A stretch of 64,000 nt of DNA from positions 7,245 through 71,244 of the IMG/VR virus record IMGVR_UViG_3300048918_000116. One strand, given 5' to 3'. The stretch's first letter is position 1; the number at the start of each line of letters is the position of its first letter. The position numbers were made by a program, and so were the translations under genes. This document shows positions 1-10,174 of this stretch, in pieces. The DNA is from a virus. The notes beneath the pieces are model-generated. The model saw only the letters and a program-made list of their open reading frames with translations, did no database searches and had not been told where the DNA came from.

Positions 1-557
1 ATGATCTCGGGGGTCTTGTCAATCTTTACCACTGTGCCGCTATTGCTGAATGACGCCCCCCTTGGGAACGCCGACCTAATCAACTCAGCCCGGGCATAGG
101 CATCACCTGTACCAAGCTGAAGAGGATAAACTAAAGTCACTTGAAAGATCCCAAACTCGCGGTAAAAGCCATCACCAAAAGTTGGATTGCTAGGTTGCGC
201 AGGAAGCAAATTCACTTTCAAGTATGGCGCAGAATTCGCTATTGCTGGAAAGAACATATTTTCCCAGGCAATCAATTGGGCCAATACTGTTCCGCCTGTT
301 CCGGTACTTACTATCTCTTCACGAGTAACAACATCAACAATTGTGAACGTTAAATCTGTCGGGACATCATCTACAGCATAAACCCCATTCACTCCAGTGT
401 GGTTAGCAATCAGTGCATGCACACCAACAGACAAAAGATGGGGAGCAGATGTTGTAAAGATGCCGGAGCTCGAAGCTGTAATGTTGGCCTCAGGGATAAT
501 ACCTGGCATGGCGCTAAGAGCGGTTTCTAACGCTGCTCTAATCTTAACTATAGACAT
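1..557 (-). CDS. tail terminator-like protein (DUF4128-like), 3' end outside window
   Basis: Manual translation from ATG at 557 (TAATG overlap with upstream gene): MSIVKIRAALETAL...IAWENMFFP...GIFQVTLVYP...ARAELIRSAFPRG; follows the neck gene. Confidence 0.7.
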   Translation of the reverse strand, partial: MSIVKIRAALETALSAMPGIIPEANITASSSGIFTTSAPHLLSVGVHALIANHTGVNGVYAVDDVPTDLTFTIVDVVTREEIVSTGTGGTVLAQLIAWENMFFPAIANSAPYLKVNLLPAQPSNPTFGDGFYREFGIFQVTLVYPLQLGTGDAYARAELIRSAFPRGASFSNSGTVVKIDKTPEI

Positions 558-1033
558 TACTTCACTCCGCCTTTAAAGTCTGCAACCTTCTCGGCTACAA
601 TTTGCGCAAACTCACGCTTTATCTTACCGATCATTCCCAAAGGAGGGCACTGTGTTGAATGTCCCATCTCCAGCGCGTAGGCGTAAGGAAGATTGTTCAC
701 AAAATAGTACGTGTGTCCAACTGTCCAACGTCCCAAGTGGCTTAACCTCTCTATTGAAGCAGCACCACTATAATCTACGCCCGGAATAATACCTATTGGT
801 TTCGCATCAATTCCAACTTGCCAATTATTCTTAAAGTGTCCTGGAATATATCCTTTAGGCCAATAAGGCGGATGCCACTTAGAGGGATCACCTACAGGCG
901 ACCGCATAACAAGGCGGCGACCAATCTCAAGCAGCACTTCTCTGTTCACCTTTTGGACACCAGATTTTGTCATATCTACAAACTTAAACATATCGCTTCT
1001 TGCTTTAGCGTTTATGGTTCGTACATTAGACAT
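557..1033 (-). CDS. HK97 gp10-like neck/tail completion protein
   Basis: SPVGD...GHFKNNWQ...NNLPYAYALEMGHS motifs; position in head-tail cluster. Confidence 0.75.
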   Translation of the reverse strand: MSNVRTINAKARSDMFKFVDMTKSGVQKVNREVLLEIGRRLVMRSPVGDPSKWHPPYWPKGYIPGHFKNNWQVGIDAKPIGIIPGVDYSGAASIERLSHLGRWTVGHTYYFVNNLPYAYALEMGHSTQCPPLGMIGKIKREFAQIVAEKVADFKGGVK

Positions 1034-1034
1034 A

Positions 1035-1433
1035 TCAAGCTTTCAATCCAATCAAATGAATTAAAGGTATTCCCGCAGGATTGACACTTTGGATATTAAA
1101 TATTTTATACTTTACGTTGTCAAAGATGATAAGATCTTGAATGCGAGGATCTGGACCATTCGCGTCCATATAGATCCATTTATCAGCATCCTGTATAAGT
1201 GTACCATCTTTCAGATTCGTACCATACTGCGGACCAATACGATTTTCCGGTGCATCGACAACAATAGCGTTTCTAGTTGAATCGGAATAAGCTGTACCAA
1301 TTGAAACAGCTTTTCCAGTGCCAGGATTGTAGGCGCCACCGCCTGTTGGAGTAACAGCTCTGTAAGTGATAGGCCGCCCGAACTCCGTTAGGAGCTCGAG
1401 AGCAGTTGCTGCCATTTCAGAGTAGAAGCTCAT
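1035..1433 (-). CDS. head closure / head-tail joining protein
   Basis: YSEMAATALELLTEFG...YNPGTG...VNPAG pattern; synteny. Confidence 0.65.
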   Translation of the reverse strand: MSFYSEMAATALELLTEFGRPITYRAVTPTGGGAYNPGTGKAVSIGTAYSDSTRNAIVVDAPENRIGPQYGTNLKDGTLIQDADKWIYMDANGPDPRIQDLIIFDNVKYKIFNIQSVNPAGIPLIHLIGLKA

Positions 1434-1963
1434 TAGACGCGCCTAAGTTTTACCATCGCAGAGCTGCCTTGCAAAAGGACACTTAACATCATGTCAATTT
1501 GCGTATAGACAGGAGCCGAGGGTAGTTCTTTATCGTAGGCAATAGAAATTGGACCCACGGTTTTAGAAAGTACACGCTGCTCTTGCGATTGATCCTTGAT
1601 TAGTGCATTAATACTAGCACGTATCGCTAGTTCAGCGCAAGCATTTTTTACTTCATTTGGGATGCTAGTTGTATCAAGTTGCGCAAAGCCATAACCAGGC
1701 GCCGTATTTAACTCGTCTATAACCACACCTGCTCGCGGCCAGTCCAGAGCTTGCGTAGGCTTAACACGCTGACCTTTCCAACGTTCGCGATAAGTAGCGG
1801 TCATAAAGTCTGTTGCTTTGCGTAGAGCAATTTCTTTTTCTAGCGTGTCGAGGTTGCTCCATTTATCATTGCCGCGTTTGGCATGATAAGCATCAGCAGC
1901 CGCTACGGAAATATAAGATTCAGCATCGCTCATTCCTGAGCCTGTTTCAGTTACGAGAGCCAT
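1433..1963 (-). CDS. head-tail adaptor (DnaT-like family annotation)
   Basis: AESYISVAAADAYH...WKGQR...QALDWPR...IPNEVKNACAELA. Confidence 0.75.
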   Translation of the reverse strand: MALVTETGSGMSDAESYISVAAADAYHAKRGNDKWSNLDTLEKEIALRKATDFMTATYRERWKGQRVKPTQALDWPRAGVVIDELNTAPGYGFAQLDTTSIPNEVKNACAELAIRASINALIKDQSQEQRVLSKTVGPISIAYDKELPSAPVYTQIDMMLSVLLQGSSAMVKLRRV

Positions 1964-1965
1964 GA

Positions 1966-2277
1966 TTAACGCTCCTTAATTTTCAAATAGACAGAACGGT
2001 CTTCAATTCGTACTGGCGAATTCGTTGTAGTAATGCGGCAAGTTAAAGTGGCCAGATTGCCTACTGTTCCGCCGCTGACCCAGATTGTAACAACAGTTCC
2101 AATAACTTCGAAATCTTCAACAGTGAGGTCTTCGCTAACTACAGGCAACGCTGTTGCAATTGTGTCGTCAACACCTGTCAACCAAGCACTCCAGTCAAAA
2201 GAATAATCCAGTGTAGCATTTGGATCTTTATCGATAATAGAACGACCTTTTGAATCTACAACAAACGTATTAGACAT
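1966..2277 (-). CDS. small virion structural protein (KDPxxxLDYxFDW family)
   Basis: DKDPNATLDYSFDWSAWL...VTIWVSGG; start taken at MSNTF (2277), overlapping upstream stop. Confidence 0.6.
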   Translation of the reverse strand: MSNTFVVDSKGRSIIDKDPNATLDYSFDWSAWLTGVDDTIATALPVVSEDLTVEDFEVIGTVVTIWVSGGTVGNLATLTCRITTTNSPVRIEDRSVYLKIKER

Positions 2278-4600
2278 AATGCGTCCTTTCTTCACTGCCA
2301 AATGCTGCTGTTCGATTTTCTGACGACAAAAGTACAGTTCTGCCTTCAGCTGAAATGCTTACCATTCTGTTCTCTGTTGCAATTACCAAAATATTCTGTA
2401 GCGGCAATTTAGGAGTACGATCAAAAGCCGCAAGGGTTGTATTGCCTAACGTCTTTGCAAGACTAGCAGTGACCCTTGCAAGGGCTGTAGAAACTACTGT
2501 GCTAGAAGCTAAAGACCTATTGAGGGTTGCTGTAGCGCGAGTTTGCGCTGTTGCGCTTACACTAGCTGACCGCAGGGTTTTACTCGTGTTTGCAACTAGC
2601 GGATCATTTACATAGGACGCTGTAGTGGCATTTTGAAGCGTCTTGTTGGCAATACCGTGAGTTTGTACCGTACCACTTGAGCTCCGCCCAATACCATTCA
2701 GTGTTTGATTAAGTGTTCCTGTTCTTACAATTGCTTGGACTCCACTTGAAGACAAAGTTGTACTTGCCAATGTCTTTGAAGTAGTGCCTATAACCGGATG
2801 CGTAGCTGCCGCAGTCCTGCCAATACCCGCAAGAGTCTTGCTCGTTGTGCCTGTAACTGGATGCGAACCTGCTGAGGCAGTTGTCGCGTTTGCCAGCGTT
2901 TTGGCAGTAATACCAGTGACAGGGTGTGAACCTGCTGAACTTGAAGTTGCACTAGCAAGTGTCTTTGATGACGTTGCAGTAATCGGATGCGTTACAGTAG
3001 AACTAGACGTCGCGTTAGCAAGAGTCTTTGAAGTAGTTCCAGTTACAGGATGCGATGCCGCTGAAGCAGAAGTCGCATTCGCAAGTGTCTTGGACAGCGT
3101 ACCAGTTCTAACAGTGACGGTGATACCTGTGGACATTAGCGTTGTATTCGCTAATGTCTTGCTAGTTGTTCCTGCAACAGGAACTGTAGCTGCGGCACTT
3201 CTTGTGATGCCTGCTAACGTCTTAGCTGTTGTAGCTGTGACAGGATGCGTTGCAGCAGAACTTGACGTTGTATTAGCTAACGTCTTAGTCAGCGTACCTA
3301 TCCGTGCAGTAGTCTGATTTTCAGCTGTGTTGTATCCGTCAAACCAAGCAGGATTACCATCAAACGTAAAAGCTGAACTTGCGCCCGATTCAAGATAAAT
3401 TGCAGGCGACTCAAGGTTCGGCAATAAGAATGTCGAAGTTGCTATCGAAGCTCTGTTGACCCAATCACCACTTGACGGTGGATTTGTTGACGAAGTTGGT
3501 GCCGTGTCCCAAAAAATTGTGCCAGCAGCCTCGCGAATACGTAGCCATCCATAAGTGGCCTCGCTGTAAAGGTCTGGAGCGGTATCGTAACTTGCCCATA
3601 CATCGGTATCTACACCTGCAACTCTTTTCTGTGCAACAATACCACCGTATGCAACCAACCACTTCACCCTATAGGCAAAGTCTGGACTATAAATCATCAG
3701 GGAGTTTTCAGATGATACCCCTGTTGAACTATGCTGCATTGGATGCAGTCGGACAAATACTGAGCAGTCTAAGAAAACACCATCGTTACGATGGATATTT
3801 GCAAAACCTGCTGTTCCGCTTGTAAGATCTATTTCATAACGTTGATTTGTCTCTGCGCCTGTAACGTTCCCATTTTCCAGTTCTGATGTCCAGGCACTAT
3901 CTAAAGAGTTATCGTTAAAGTTATCAGTGAAACTATCAGCCTTAACTTTATCAATAATAAGCGTGACAGCAGCTATTGTCCCGCGATTTGAAACGCTGGA
4001 AGTGGCTGTGGCAGCAGTATTGTTAGCGACAGATCCTGTTGCAGTACGTTCAGAAATAGAACTTGCAACAAATGGCGTTGTGTTAAAATTCGCATCAATG
4101 ACTTCAGTTGCAGAACCGCTATATGCTTCAGATGACGCGGCTGCGGAACCTGCAATTGAAGTAAAGATAAGAGTTACATCGCCAGTTTTGGCGCCAGTTG
4201 CGAGCGTAGTGCTCAGAGCAGTACCGGCAGAGGCCAGTGTGGTTATAGAACTTGACCGAACTGCAATCCGTTTTAAATAACCCCGATACGTGACCACATG
4301 CGCCTGGTTGACCGAACCTGTGCCAGCCTCTTTTGTAAAGACTAGCGTTGGTGCAGACGAACCACGTTCGCAATAAAACAGTTCGCCAGAAGTGATAGCT
4401 GTGCTGTTGGTGGCAGTGTTGCCGCTGCTGGCGTCAAGCAGTTTTGTCCATCCGGTAGGCGCAGCAAAGCCGATTGCGGAACGGTGCGCAATCCAACAGA
4501 ACATAATGTCGCCATTAGCGGTTCCAGTTGGTTCTGTGACTGTAAGGTTGGCGTTTGTAGATGTAAACGGACCGCTAGTCGCAACACGTGAGATAGCCAT
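2270..4600 (-). CDS. Thr/Ser/Ala-rich virion fibre or decoration protein with 21-aa repeats
   Basis: 776 aa; repeated HPVTGTTSKTLANATSSSAAS-like units; lies among head genes. Confidence 0.55.
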   Translation of the reverse strand: MAISRVATSGPFTSTNANLTVTEPTGTANGDIMFCWIAHRSAIGFAAPTGWTKLLDASSGNTATNSTAITSGELFYCERGSSAPTLVFTKEAGTGSVNQAHVVTYRGYLKRIAVRSSSITTLASAGTALSTTLATGAKTGDVTLIFTSIAGSAAASSEAYSGSATEVIDANFNTTPFVASSISERTATGSVANNTAATATSSVSNRGTIAAVTLIIDKVKADSFTDNFNDNSLDSAWTSELENGNVTGAETNQRYEIDLTSGTAGFANIHRNDGVFLDCSVFVRLHPMQHSSTGVSSENSLMIYSPDFAYRVKWLVAYGGIVAQKRVAGVDTDVWASYDTAPDLYSEATYGWLRIREAAGTIFWDTAPTSSTNPPSSGDWVNRASIATSTFLLPNLESPAIYLESGASSAFTFDGNPAWFDGYNTAENQTTARIGTLTKTLANTTSSSAATHPVTATTAKTLAGITRSAAATVPVAGTTSKTLANTTLMSTGITVTVRTGTLSKTLANATSASAASHPVTGTTSKTLANATSSSTVTHPITATSSKTLASATSSSAGSHPVTGITAKTLANATTASAGSHPVTGTTSKTLAGIGRTAAATHPVIGTTSKTLASTTLSSSGVQAIVRTGTLNQTLNGIGRSSSGTVQTHGIANKTLQNATTASYVNDPLVANTSKTLRSASVSATAQTRATATLNRSLASSTVVSTALARVTASLAKTLGNTTLAAFDRTPKLPLQNILVIATENRMVSISAEGRTVLLSSENRTAAFGSEERTHYV

Positions 4601-4619
4601 CTCAGCGCACCTTTATGGA

Positions 4620-5033
4620 TTAATTGCCGTCGGTCAGCGTAAATGTGCTGATGGTAACAGTTTGACCTGTTGCAATATTGATATTATCCAGTTCCATATC
4701 GCCGCCACCAGAGGTAGCAGTAATTGTACCTTGAATATGGCAAACTGTGCCAGCAGCATTATAGATACGGAAATGGCCGGCATTCGTACCTGCGCCAGCA
4801 TTGGCGTGACCAGTACCGGACCATGTACCAGCCTTAGCCTTTACGCCACCGGACGATGCACCCATAAAGTCAGAAGGAAGAGCAACTTCCAAGCACTTTG
4901 TACCAGAGTCAGCAGTCGCTGGAGTTGCAGGAGGAGAACCTGAAAAGATCCGCAGCATTGGCGTGGTGCTGATAGCCGTTTCAATCGCGTCGTTACGAGC
5001 ATCCTTTACGGTGTCGCTCATCTTAATAGTCAT
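4620..5033 (-). CDS. virion structural protein (head decoration or fibre subunit)
   Basis: ARNDAI...LRIFSGSPPA...DMELDNINIATGQTVTI; directly downstream of the capsid gene. Confidence 0.55.
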   Translation of the reverse strand: MTIKMSDTVKDARNDAIETAISTTPMLRIFSGSPPATPATADSGTKCLEVALPSDFMGASSGGVKAKAGTWSGTGHANAGAGTNAGHFRIYNAAGTVCHIQGTITATSGGGDMELDNINIATGQTVTISTFTLTDGN

Positions 5034-5071
5034 GATATTTCCTTATTGATTACCACACTATATTTAGAACA

Positions 5072-5094
5072 AAGCCCGGAACAAGTCCGGGCTT
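5072..5094 (-). terminator. hairpin terminator after major capsid gene
   Basis: AAGCCCGGA-ACAAG-TCCGGGCTT inverted repeat with T-rich tail on the minus strand. Confidence 0.6.
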
Positions 5095-5113
5095 GTCTTT
5101 ACAGCAGTTTGAA

Positions 5114-6259
5114 TTAACCGAGCAAGATTGCGGTATGAGCAGACTTAATGCCCTTCACGCCCCATGCTGCGGAGATTTCGTACTGCATTTGACGGTACTG
5201 CGGATACATTGCAATCTCAAACGAGATGCCCGAACGTGGGTCAGTGATCATAGTACGGTCAACTGCCAGGTCACCGCCGTCAGGCAGAGCTGGAGCGCGG
5301 GTTGCAAGGATTAGAGCCGAACGGTTGAACACCAGATTGCCAGTGTAGTCATTGCCGACAGCCACACCAGTTGCCGAAGCAGGAATCGCTTTGCGCAGAC
5401 CAGGCTTAGCGATAACAACAACGCCGCCAGTTAGAGCAGTTTCAACGACGTACTTATTGGCAGTGTCGCCAGTGATACTGAGCACATCACCAGCAAGGAT
5501 AGTACCAGAACCAGTAATCAGCGTAAGGCTAGTTGCGCCAACGGCATAACCGGCAGTGTTGGTCGTGTAGGCTGTACCGCCGCCTTTGGTTGTGATGCCA
5601 ATACCAGCAGACTCATGCACAGACATATTGAACAAATTCATCAGTTCACCATCACGCAGGGTCATGGTTGTACCGGCTTCATTTGCCTTGGTCAGTTGAG
5701 TCAGAACGCGCATTTTGGCGCCAGCAGTGGTATCAATCACCATGCAGCGATCGCTAGCCGGCGCACCGTTGTCATCCAGAATCTTGCGAATCTGGGCAGC
5801 TTCGGACAGGTCTGTACCGAACGGGGTTTGTGCGGCAGTACCATAGGCGCGGGAAGCGGCAACACGAGCAGCACCAACAAGGTCAACTTCCATTTCGTTC
5901 ACAAGAGTACGCATTGCTTGTGTGATTTGGTCGTTTTGAATTGCAGCAGCGCCTGGACCGTTGGAATTCAGGCCGAGTGTTTGCTCACCGTTCCAGCGGA
6001 ATGGAACCCGGCGGGACTTGGTGATTGTCATCGATACACTGCCGATTGTCTGGTCGCCGTCATCCGGAGGCGTAACGCCTGGGGTAATGTCAGTTGCGGT
6101 CGACGCAGGTGTCATGAATGAATAAACCGTTTGGTTGACAGCAGCGCGGGATGTGGTAGCGTCTACAGTTGCGCAGGGAATGCATCCCACAAGTTCACGC
6201 GATACAACATCTAAAGATGCGTACAGCGATGGAATCAAATTGGTAAGCGTATTAGCCAT
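5114..6259 (-). CDS. major capsid protein (P22 coat-like family)
   Basis: MANTLTNLIPSLYASLDVVSRELVG...TDPRSGISFEIAMYPQYRQ...AWGVK. Confidence 0.9.
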   Translation of the reverse strand: MANTLTNLIPSLYASLDVVSRELVGCIPCATVDATTSRAAVNQTVYSFMTPASTATDITPGVTPPDDGDQTIGSVSMTITKSRRVPFRWNGEQTLGLNSNGPGAAAIQNDQITQAMRTLVNEMEVDLVGAARVAASRAYGTAAQTPFGTDLSEAAQIRKILDDNGAPASDRCMVIDTTAGAKMRVLTQLTKANEAGTTMTLRDGELMNLFNMSVHESAGIGITTKGGGTAYTTNTAGYAVGATSLTLITGSGTILAGDVLSITGDTANKYVVETALTGGVVVIAKPGLRKAIPASATGVAVGNDYTGNLVFNRSALILATRAPALPDGGDLAVDRTMITDPRSGISFEIAMYPQYRQMQYEISAAWGVKGIKSAHTAILLG

Positions 6260-6271
6260 GATCTTTTCCTA

Positions 6272-7057
6272 TCAGTCAATGAGTTTAACACCGCTTCTGG
6301 CAACCTTTCCTTGTTCTACAGGAGACAGCTTGTCGAAGTCAGCGCGTTTAATTACTTTTCCTGTTCCGGAACCGCCTTCGCGGACATCAAGACTACCGCT
6401 GCCGGAAGTACCTGATGGGAACCAATGTGGTTTCAATTCTTTTTGCTGCTCGATCCATTCAGCCGGGCTGAAAGGTGTCGTTCCATCTTTACCGCGCACT
6501 GGAGTTACTCCATCAGAGTCCAGTTGTACTGCGTTGCCTTTGGCATCAAGAACAAATAACTGTCGTGCCGCCAGAAGCGCGTCCTCAACGGCTCCTTTGT
6601 GTAATCCGGTGCATACAGACCGAATCTGGTTATCGAGCACAGCGCCGCGATATGTATCAGCGCGTTGCGCTTCAGCTTTGACACGATCTTCAGCAGCTAC
6701 TAGATCGGCTGCGTGTTGAGCGCGCATCCGCTCGGTGTACTTTTCGATAACAACATTCTTCTTTCCCTGAGCAAGAAGCAGTGCATCTTCGTCTTGGTCA
6801 AGGCGTTCTTTCAGGGCCTTCATTTCGGCAGGATCAATGCCTTCAAACGACTTCAACTTTTCGCCAGATGTTTTCAGTTTGCCCAACAGTTCGTCGTTCT
6901 TGGCTTTCAGACCTTGGGTCGCTGCCGCAACTGCCGCTGCAATCTTTGCATCCAGATCGTCACCGCCACCTGCTCCTGCACCTGCCGGCGGATCTTCGCC
7001 TTCCATCACATACATCACAGTTGACAACGGTTTTGTTGAATAAAGATTCTTAAACAT
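6272..7057 (-). CDS. capsid scaffolding protein
   Basis: Coiled-coil GLKAKNDELLG; C-terminal KPHWFP..SGSG; between portal and capsid. Confidence 0.8.
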   Translation of the reverse strand: MFKNLYSTKPLSTVMYVMEGEDPPAGAGAGGGDDLDAKIAAAVAAATQGLKAKNDELLGKLKTSGEKLKSFEGIDPAEMKALKERLDQDEDALLLAQGKKNVVIEKYTERMRAQHAADLVAAEDRVKAEAQRADTYRGAVLDNQIRSVCTGLHKGAVEDALLAARQLFVLDAKGNAVQLDSDGVTPVRGKDGTTPFSPAEWIEQQKELKPHWFPSGTSGSGSLDVREGGSGTGKVIKRADFDKLSPVEQGKVARSGVKLID

Positions 7058-7150
7058 CAGGTTCCCCTCGGGAGGTTTAGAGATACGGCTTGGCCGCGGT
7101 TGAGATTGGATCTAGCTACTTGCTTGGCAAGATAGCTAGATTTGTAACTA

Positions 7151-7179
7151 ATTATATTCGATCTAAAACGGGATTGCAA
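7151..7179 (-). promoter_or_regulatory. sigma70-type promoter for scaffold and capsid genes
   Basis: Minus strand TTGCAA-17 bp-TATAAT. Confidence 0.7.
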
Positions 7180-7191
7180 GCACTTTCGCGG

Positions 7192-8727
7192 CTATTTCTG
7201 CATTTGAGTTATAGTCGGGTTAGCTCCAGTTCCAGATGCAGCAGCCTTCGGAGCGTTCGGGCTAGGGCTTCCAGGCGTTGTGCCTACTCCGGGAATTGGA
7301 GCTGGATTCTCTTTGATTGCTTTTTGTTCTTGTTCTGCAGTTTGTTCAGGTTTGACAATTTCACCCTTCTGCAGATTTTCAAACATTGTGTCATAGCTGT
7401 ATGCACCATTTTGCCATCCAGCAATCACAGCAGTAAGCGTCAGTGCATCCATTGGTACAGGGAAGAAGTCGCGGTTCAGATCAAACTTTACATTTGCATC
7501 GTCAGCGCCAGCAAAACGGCAGAAGGTTTTCAACACCTTAGTTACACCGATTGAAATTGCTTGAGCTACGCTGGACAGCATAGACTGTTCGCCTCCGCGG
7601 TGAATAGCTGCTGTGTTTGCAGACTCAACACCGTTGCCCCGCGATACCTCGAGCATACGTGCGCCCAAGATTGCCATCTGTGCTTCTTTACGAGCAAGAT
7701 TCTTTTCCAGTGCGTTAAGACCTTCGCCCTTGAACTCAAGGAATGTAGCTTTAGCGTCATGACGTGGAAATACCCAAGCAGTCATTGAACCAATATTAAA
7801 CTTCTCTCCTTCTGTGTTAGGCGTGTAACCTGAGATTACGGGGGTGGGCAAACCTGTAAAGTGGCAACCATGCTCGTAATCTGCAGAGACTCGGTAGTGC
7901 GCAAGATTCAAGTTCACAAGGTCGATAAGTGGTGGCTCGTCAACTTCCCAATTTACATCATCAACACCGATGAATTGAAATGGTATTTCGCTCAGTGCCT
8001 GTCCGTCAATTTTCGGGATACCTTCAAAGACCGTCTTTTCTTCTTCCTTGCCGTTGTTCTCTACAATTTGAATCAAACGGACACGATAGATAGTGTTTAT
8101 AACCACACTACCGTCAGGCTTGATGTCAGGCAGGTCAATAAGATCTAGAACTCGGTACTGCTCAATTTCAACGTCGCTAAATTCATCTTCAGCAACAAGG
8201 ACACATTCTTTCAGCACAACCATTGAGAGAACTGTCGCGTTATTGATTGTGCGTGTCTTCCAGTTAATAATGGATTTTGCACGATACATTTTCAACAACG
8301 GACGATGATTCTTAACAATGGCATCCGCTTTAGTCTCCTTTTCTGTATCCACTATAGGGTAATCAACGAACACACCTACGCGACCAACCTTCAGGCATTC
8401 TTCGGACAAACCCAAGGCAAAGATATGCAACGGAGTGCCGTCAAGCGTAATGTTCTCGCGCATCTTCTCAACTGCCGGCGGAACAACAACTTTGGGCGGT
8501 TTGCGAAACAGCATGCCTTGTAGACCAACAATGGTCCGCCATGTGGCATTGTAGAAAGGTGTACGAAGCTTGTACGCTTCATATTCTGCAGCCGTCTGCT
8601 CGGATAGACCAGGAAGGTACAATGACCCTTGCGCGTGTATAATGTCTTGACCATCAGAGACATCTTCACAACGCTGCCATTTGTTGAGGTTTTCTGTGTA
8701 CTCGGGATGCTGTGTCTTTACAGGCAT
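7192..8727 (-). CDS. portal protein (DUF4055 family)
   Basis: HPEY...YLP...FYNATWRT...PPLIDLVNLNLAHYRVSADYEH; start re-placed at MPVKTQ (8727) just after TerL stop. Confidence 0.85.
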   Translation of the reverse strand: MPVKTQHPEYTENLNKWQRCEDVSDGQDIIHAQGSLYLPGLSEQTAAEYEAYKLRTPFYNATWRTIVGLQGMLFRKPPKVVVPPAVEKMRENITLDGTPLHIFALGLSEECLKVGRVGVFVDYPIVDTEKETKADAIVKNHRPLLKMYRAKSIINWKTRTINNATVLSMVVLKECVLVAEDEFSDVEIEQYRVLDLIDLPDIKPDGSVVINTIYRVRLIQIVENNGKEEEKTVFEGIPKIDGQALSEIPFQFIGVDDVNWEVDEPPLIDLVNLNLAHYRVSADYEHGCHFTGLPTPVISGYTPNTEGEKFNIGSMTAWVFPRHDAKATFLEFKGEGLNALEKNLARKEAQMAILGARMLEVSRGNGVESANTAAIHRGGEQSMLSSVAQAISIGVTKVLKTFCRFAGADDANVKFDLNRDFFPVPMDALTLTAVIAGWQNGAYSYDTMFENLQKGEIVKPEQTAEQEQKAIKENPAPIPGVGTTPGSPSPNAPKAAASGTGANPTITQMQK

Positions 8728-8728
8728 T

Positions 8729-10174
8729 TTAAACTCCACCAATCTTAACTTTATGAACTTCATGGTCCGCTGCAAGCACACGATACCTTGTATCATCAGC
8801 TGAGTGGTCTTCTGCTTCAGTGTCTACATCATCTTGATCTTTTGGATCACGCGGGATAGGCGGTACAGTACGAATCCAGTCCCGGCAAGTATTGAATACA
8901 TATAAGCCAGGCTGCTCTGCTTTCTCGCGGTCGGTAACAGCACTTAGGCGGTCACGCATTAGTTCCCACCCGTTCTTACGGCTACCAGACTTCTTATCTG
9001 CTTCAGTCCAGAACACACCTTCAGACTCCATATTTTGGCCGATAGACGCATCGTCTGTAACGGCATAAATTGCAGAGTCAGCAGGGCCGCTATTTACACG
9101 GTTCTCGATACCAAGCATCTTTTCGCGGATCAAGATGCCTTGTGCAACTGACTTTGCAGTCATCCGCAAACCTTCATTTGGCTTGCCAGTGCTGCCGTAC
9201 CACTCGCCAATACGAATCAACGTCTTGCGCGGGAACTGGAGTCTTGTTCCGTTTGGTAGTTCAGCCTCTGTACCGTCCGTCTGCGCCCACCAACCAACAC
9301 TAAACGGTTTGCTTGAGCCCCAGTCAAACGAACGATCAATGCGCCAGCTCGGTGGAATTTTAAATGGCGCAAGGATATGTTTCTGTGCGTCCCACAAATC
9401 ATCGAACATACCGCCGGACGTAATATCCCAGGAACCTTCAAGCCAGGCTTTACGCTTGTTTGGATCGGTAATGGATTGGAGCGTTTTAATGTATTCGTCA
9501 CCGAGGTACGGATTTTCCTTGATCGATCCAAATAAGCAAACACGTTTGTTCCCATCTGCATCCTCAATGATTTTACCATACGGCGCGGGATCAATAAAGT
9601 AACCCTTGACCCAACTATGTCCGACTCCATACGGGTTTGTTGACGAACGTATGTAACGCGGGATTCGCGGCAATCGCGTTGTCCCTTGGAATGAGCTACG
9701 ATTACAAGACTTCATTGATTCGTAGCAATTGATGTTCGCCCAGCTTGTTAGCTCTTCCCATCCAATGTAAGGGTATTCGTGTCCGTGGTAGCTCCAGTAG
9801 TCTTCCTCGTCTTCAAAGGCACGAAGAAGTAATTCTTCCCCTGTAGGCCAGACCCATTTAAGGGCGGAAGTTCCAGCAAGAAAACGGGGTTTCTGAGCGG
9901 ACTGTTTAAACCATCGTTTGGACTTGGAGATAATATCGTCAAGGTGTTTGTAGTTACGTCGAAATATAACGCCGCGCCAGTAATCTCCATATCCCATCCC
10001 GCAATATTGAGCAAACCCCATTAGCATTGCATCTGTCTTGCCCGGACCACGAGTTCCAGCGAAACACACTTCCCGAATAGGGCTCTGCAGAAACAAACTT
10101 TGACTGCCAGGCAGAGCTTCCCATACGGGTTTGTATATGTGTGGTGATCGACGGGGAATAACAAGTTGATTCAT
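8729..10174 (-). CDS. terminase large subunit
   Basis: Walker A GTRGPGKT, Walker B IGWEEL, nuclease FDWG...EDHSADDTRY. Confidence 0.92.
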   Translation of the reverse strand: MNQLVIPRRSPHIYKPVWEALPGSQSLFLQSPIREVCFAGTRGPGKTDAMLMGFAQYCGMGYGDYWRGVIFRRNYKHLDDIISKSKRWFKQSAQKPRFLAGTSALKWVWPTGEELLLRAFEDEEDYWSYHGHEYPYIGWEELTSWANINCYESMKSCNRSSFQGTTRLPRIPRYIRSSTNPYGVGHSWVKGYFIDPAPYGKIIEDADGNKRVCLFGSIKENPYLGDEYIKTLQSITDPNKRKAWLEGSWDITSGGMFDDLWDAQKHILAPFKIPPSWRIDRSFDWGSSKPFSVGWWAQTDGTEAELPNGTRLQFPRKTLIRIGEWYGSTGKPNEGLRMTAKSVAQGILIREKMLGIENRVNSGPADSAIYAVTDDASIGQNMESEGVFWTEADKKSGSRKNGWELMRDRLSAVTDREKAEQPGLYVFNTCRDWIRTVPPIPRDPKDQDDVDTEAEDHSADDTRYRVLAADHEVHKVKIGGV

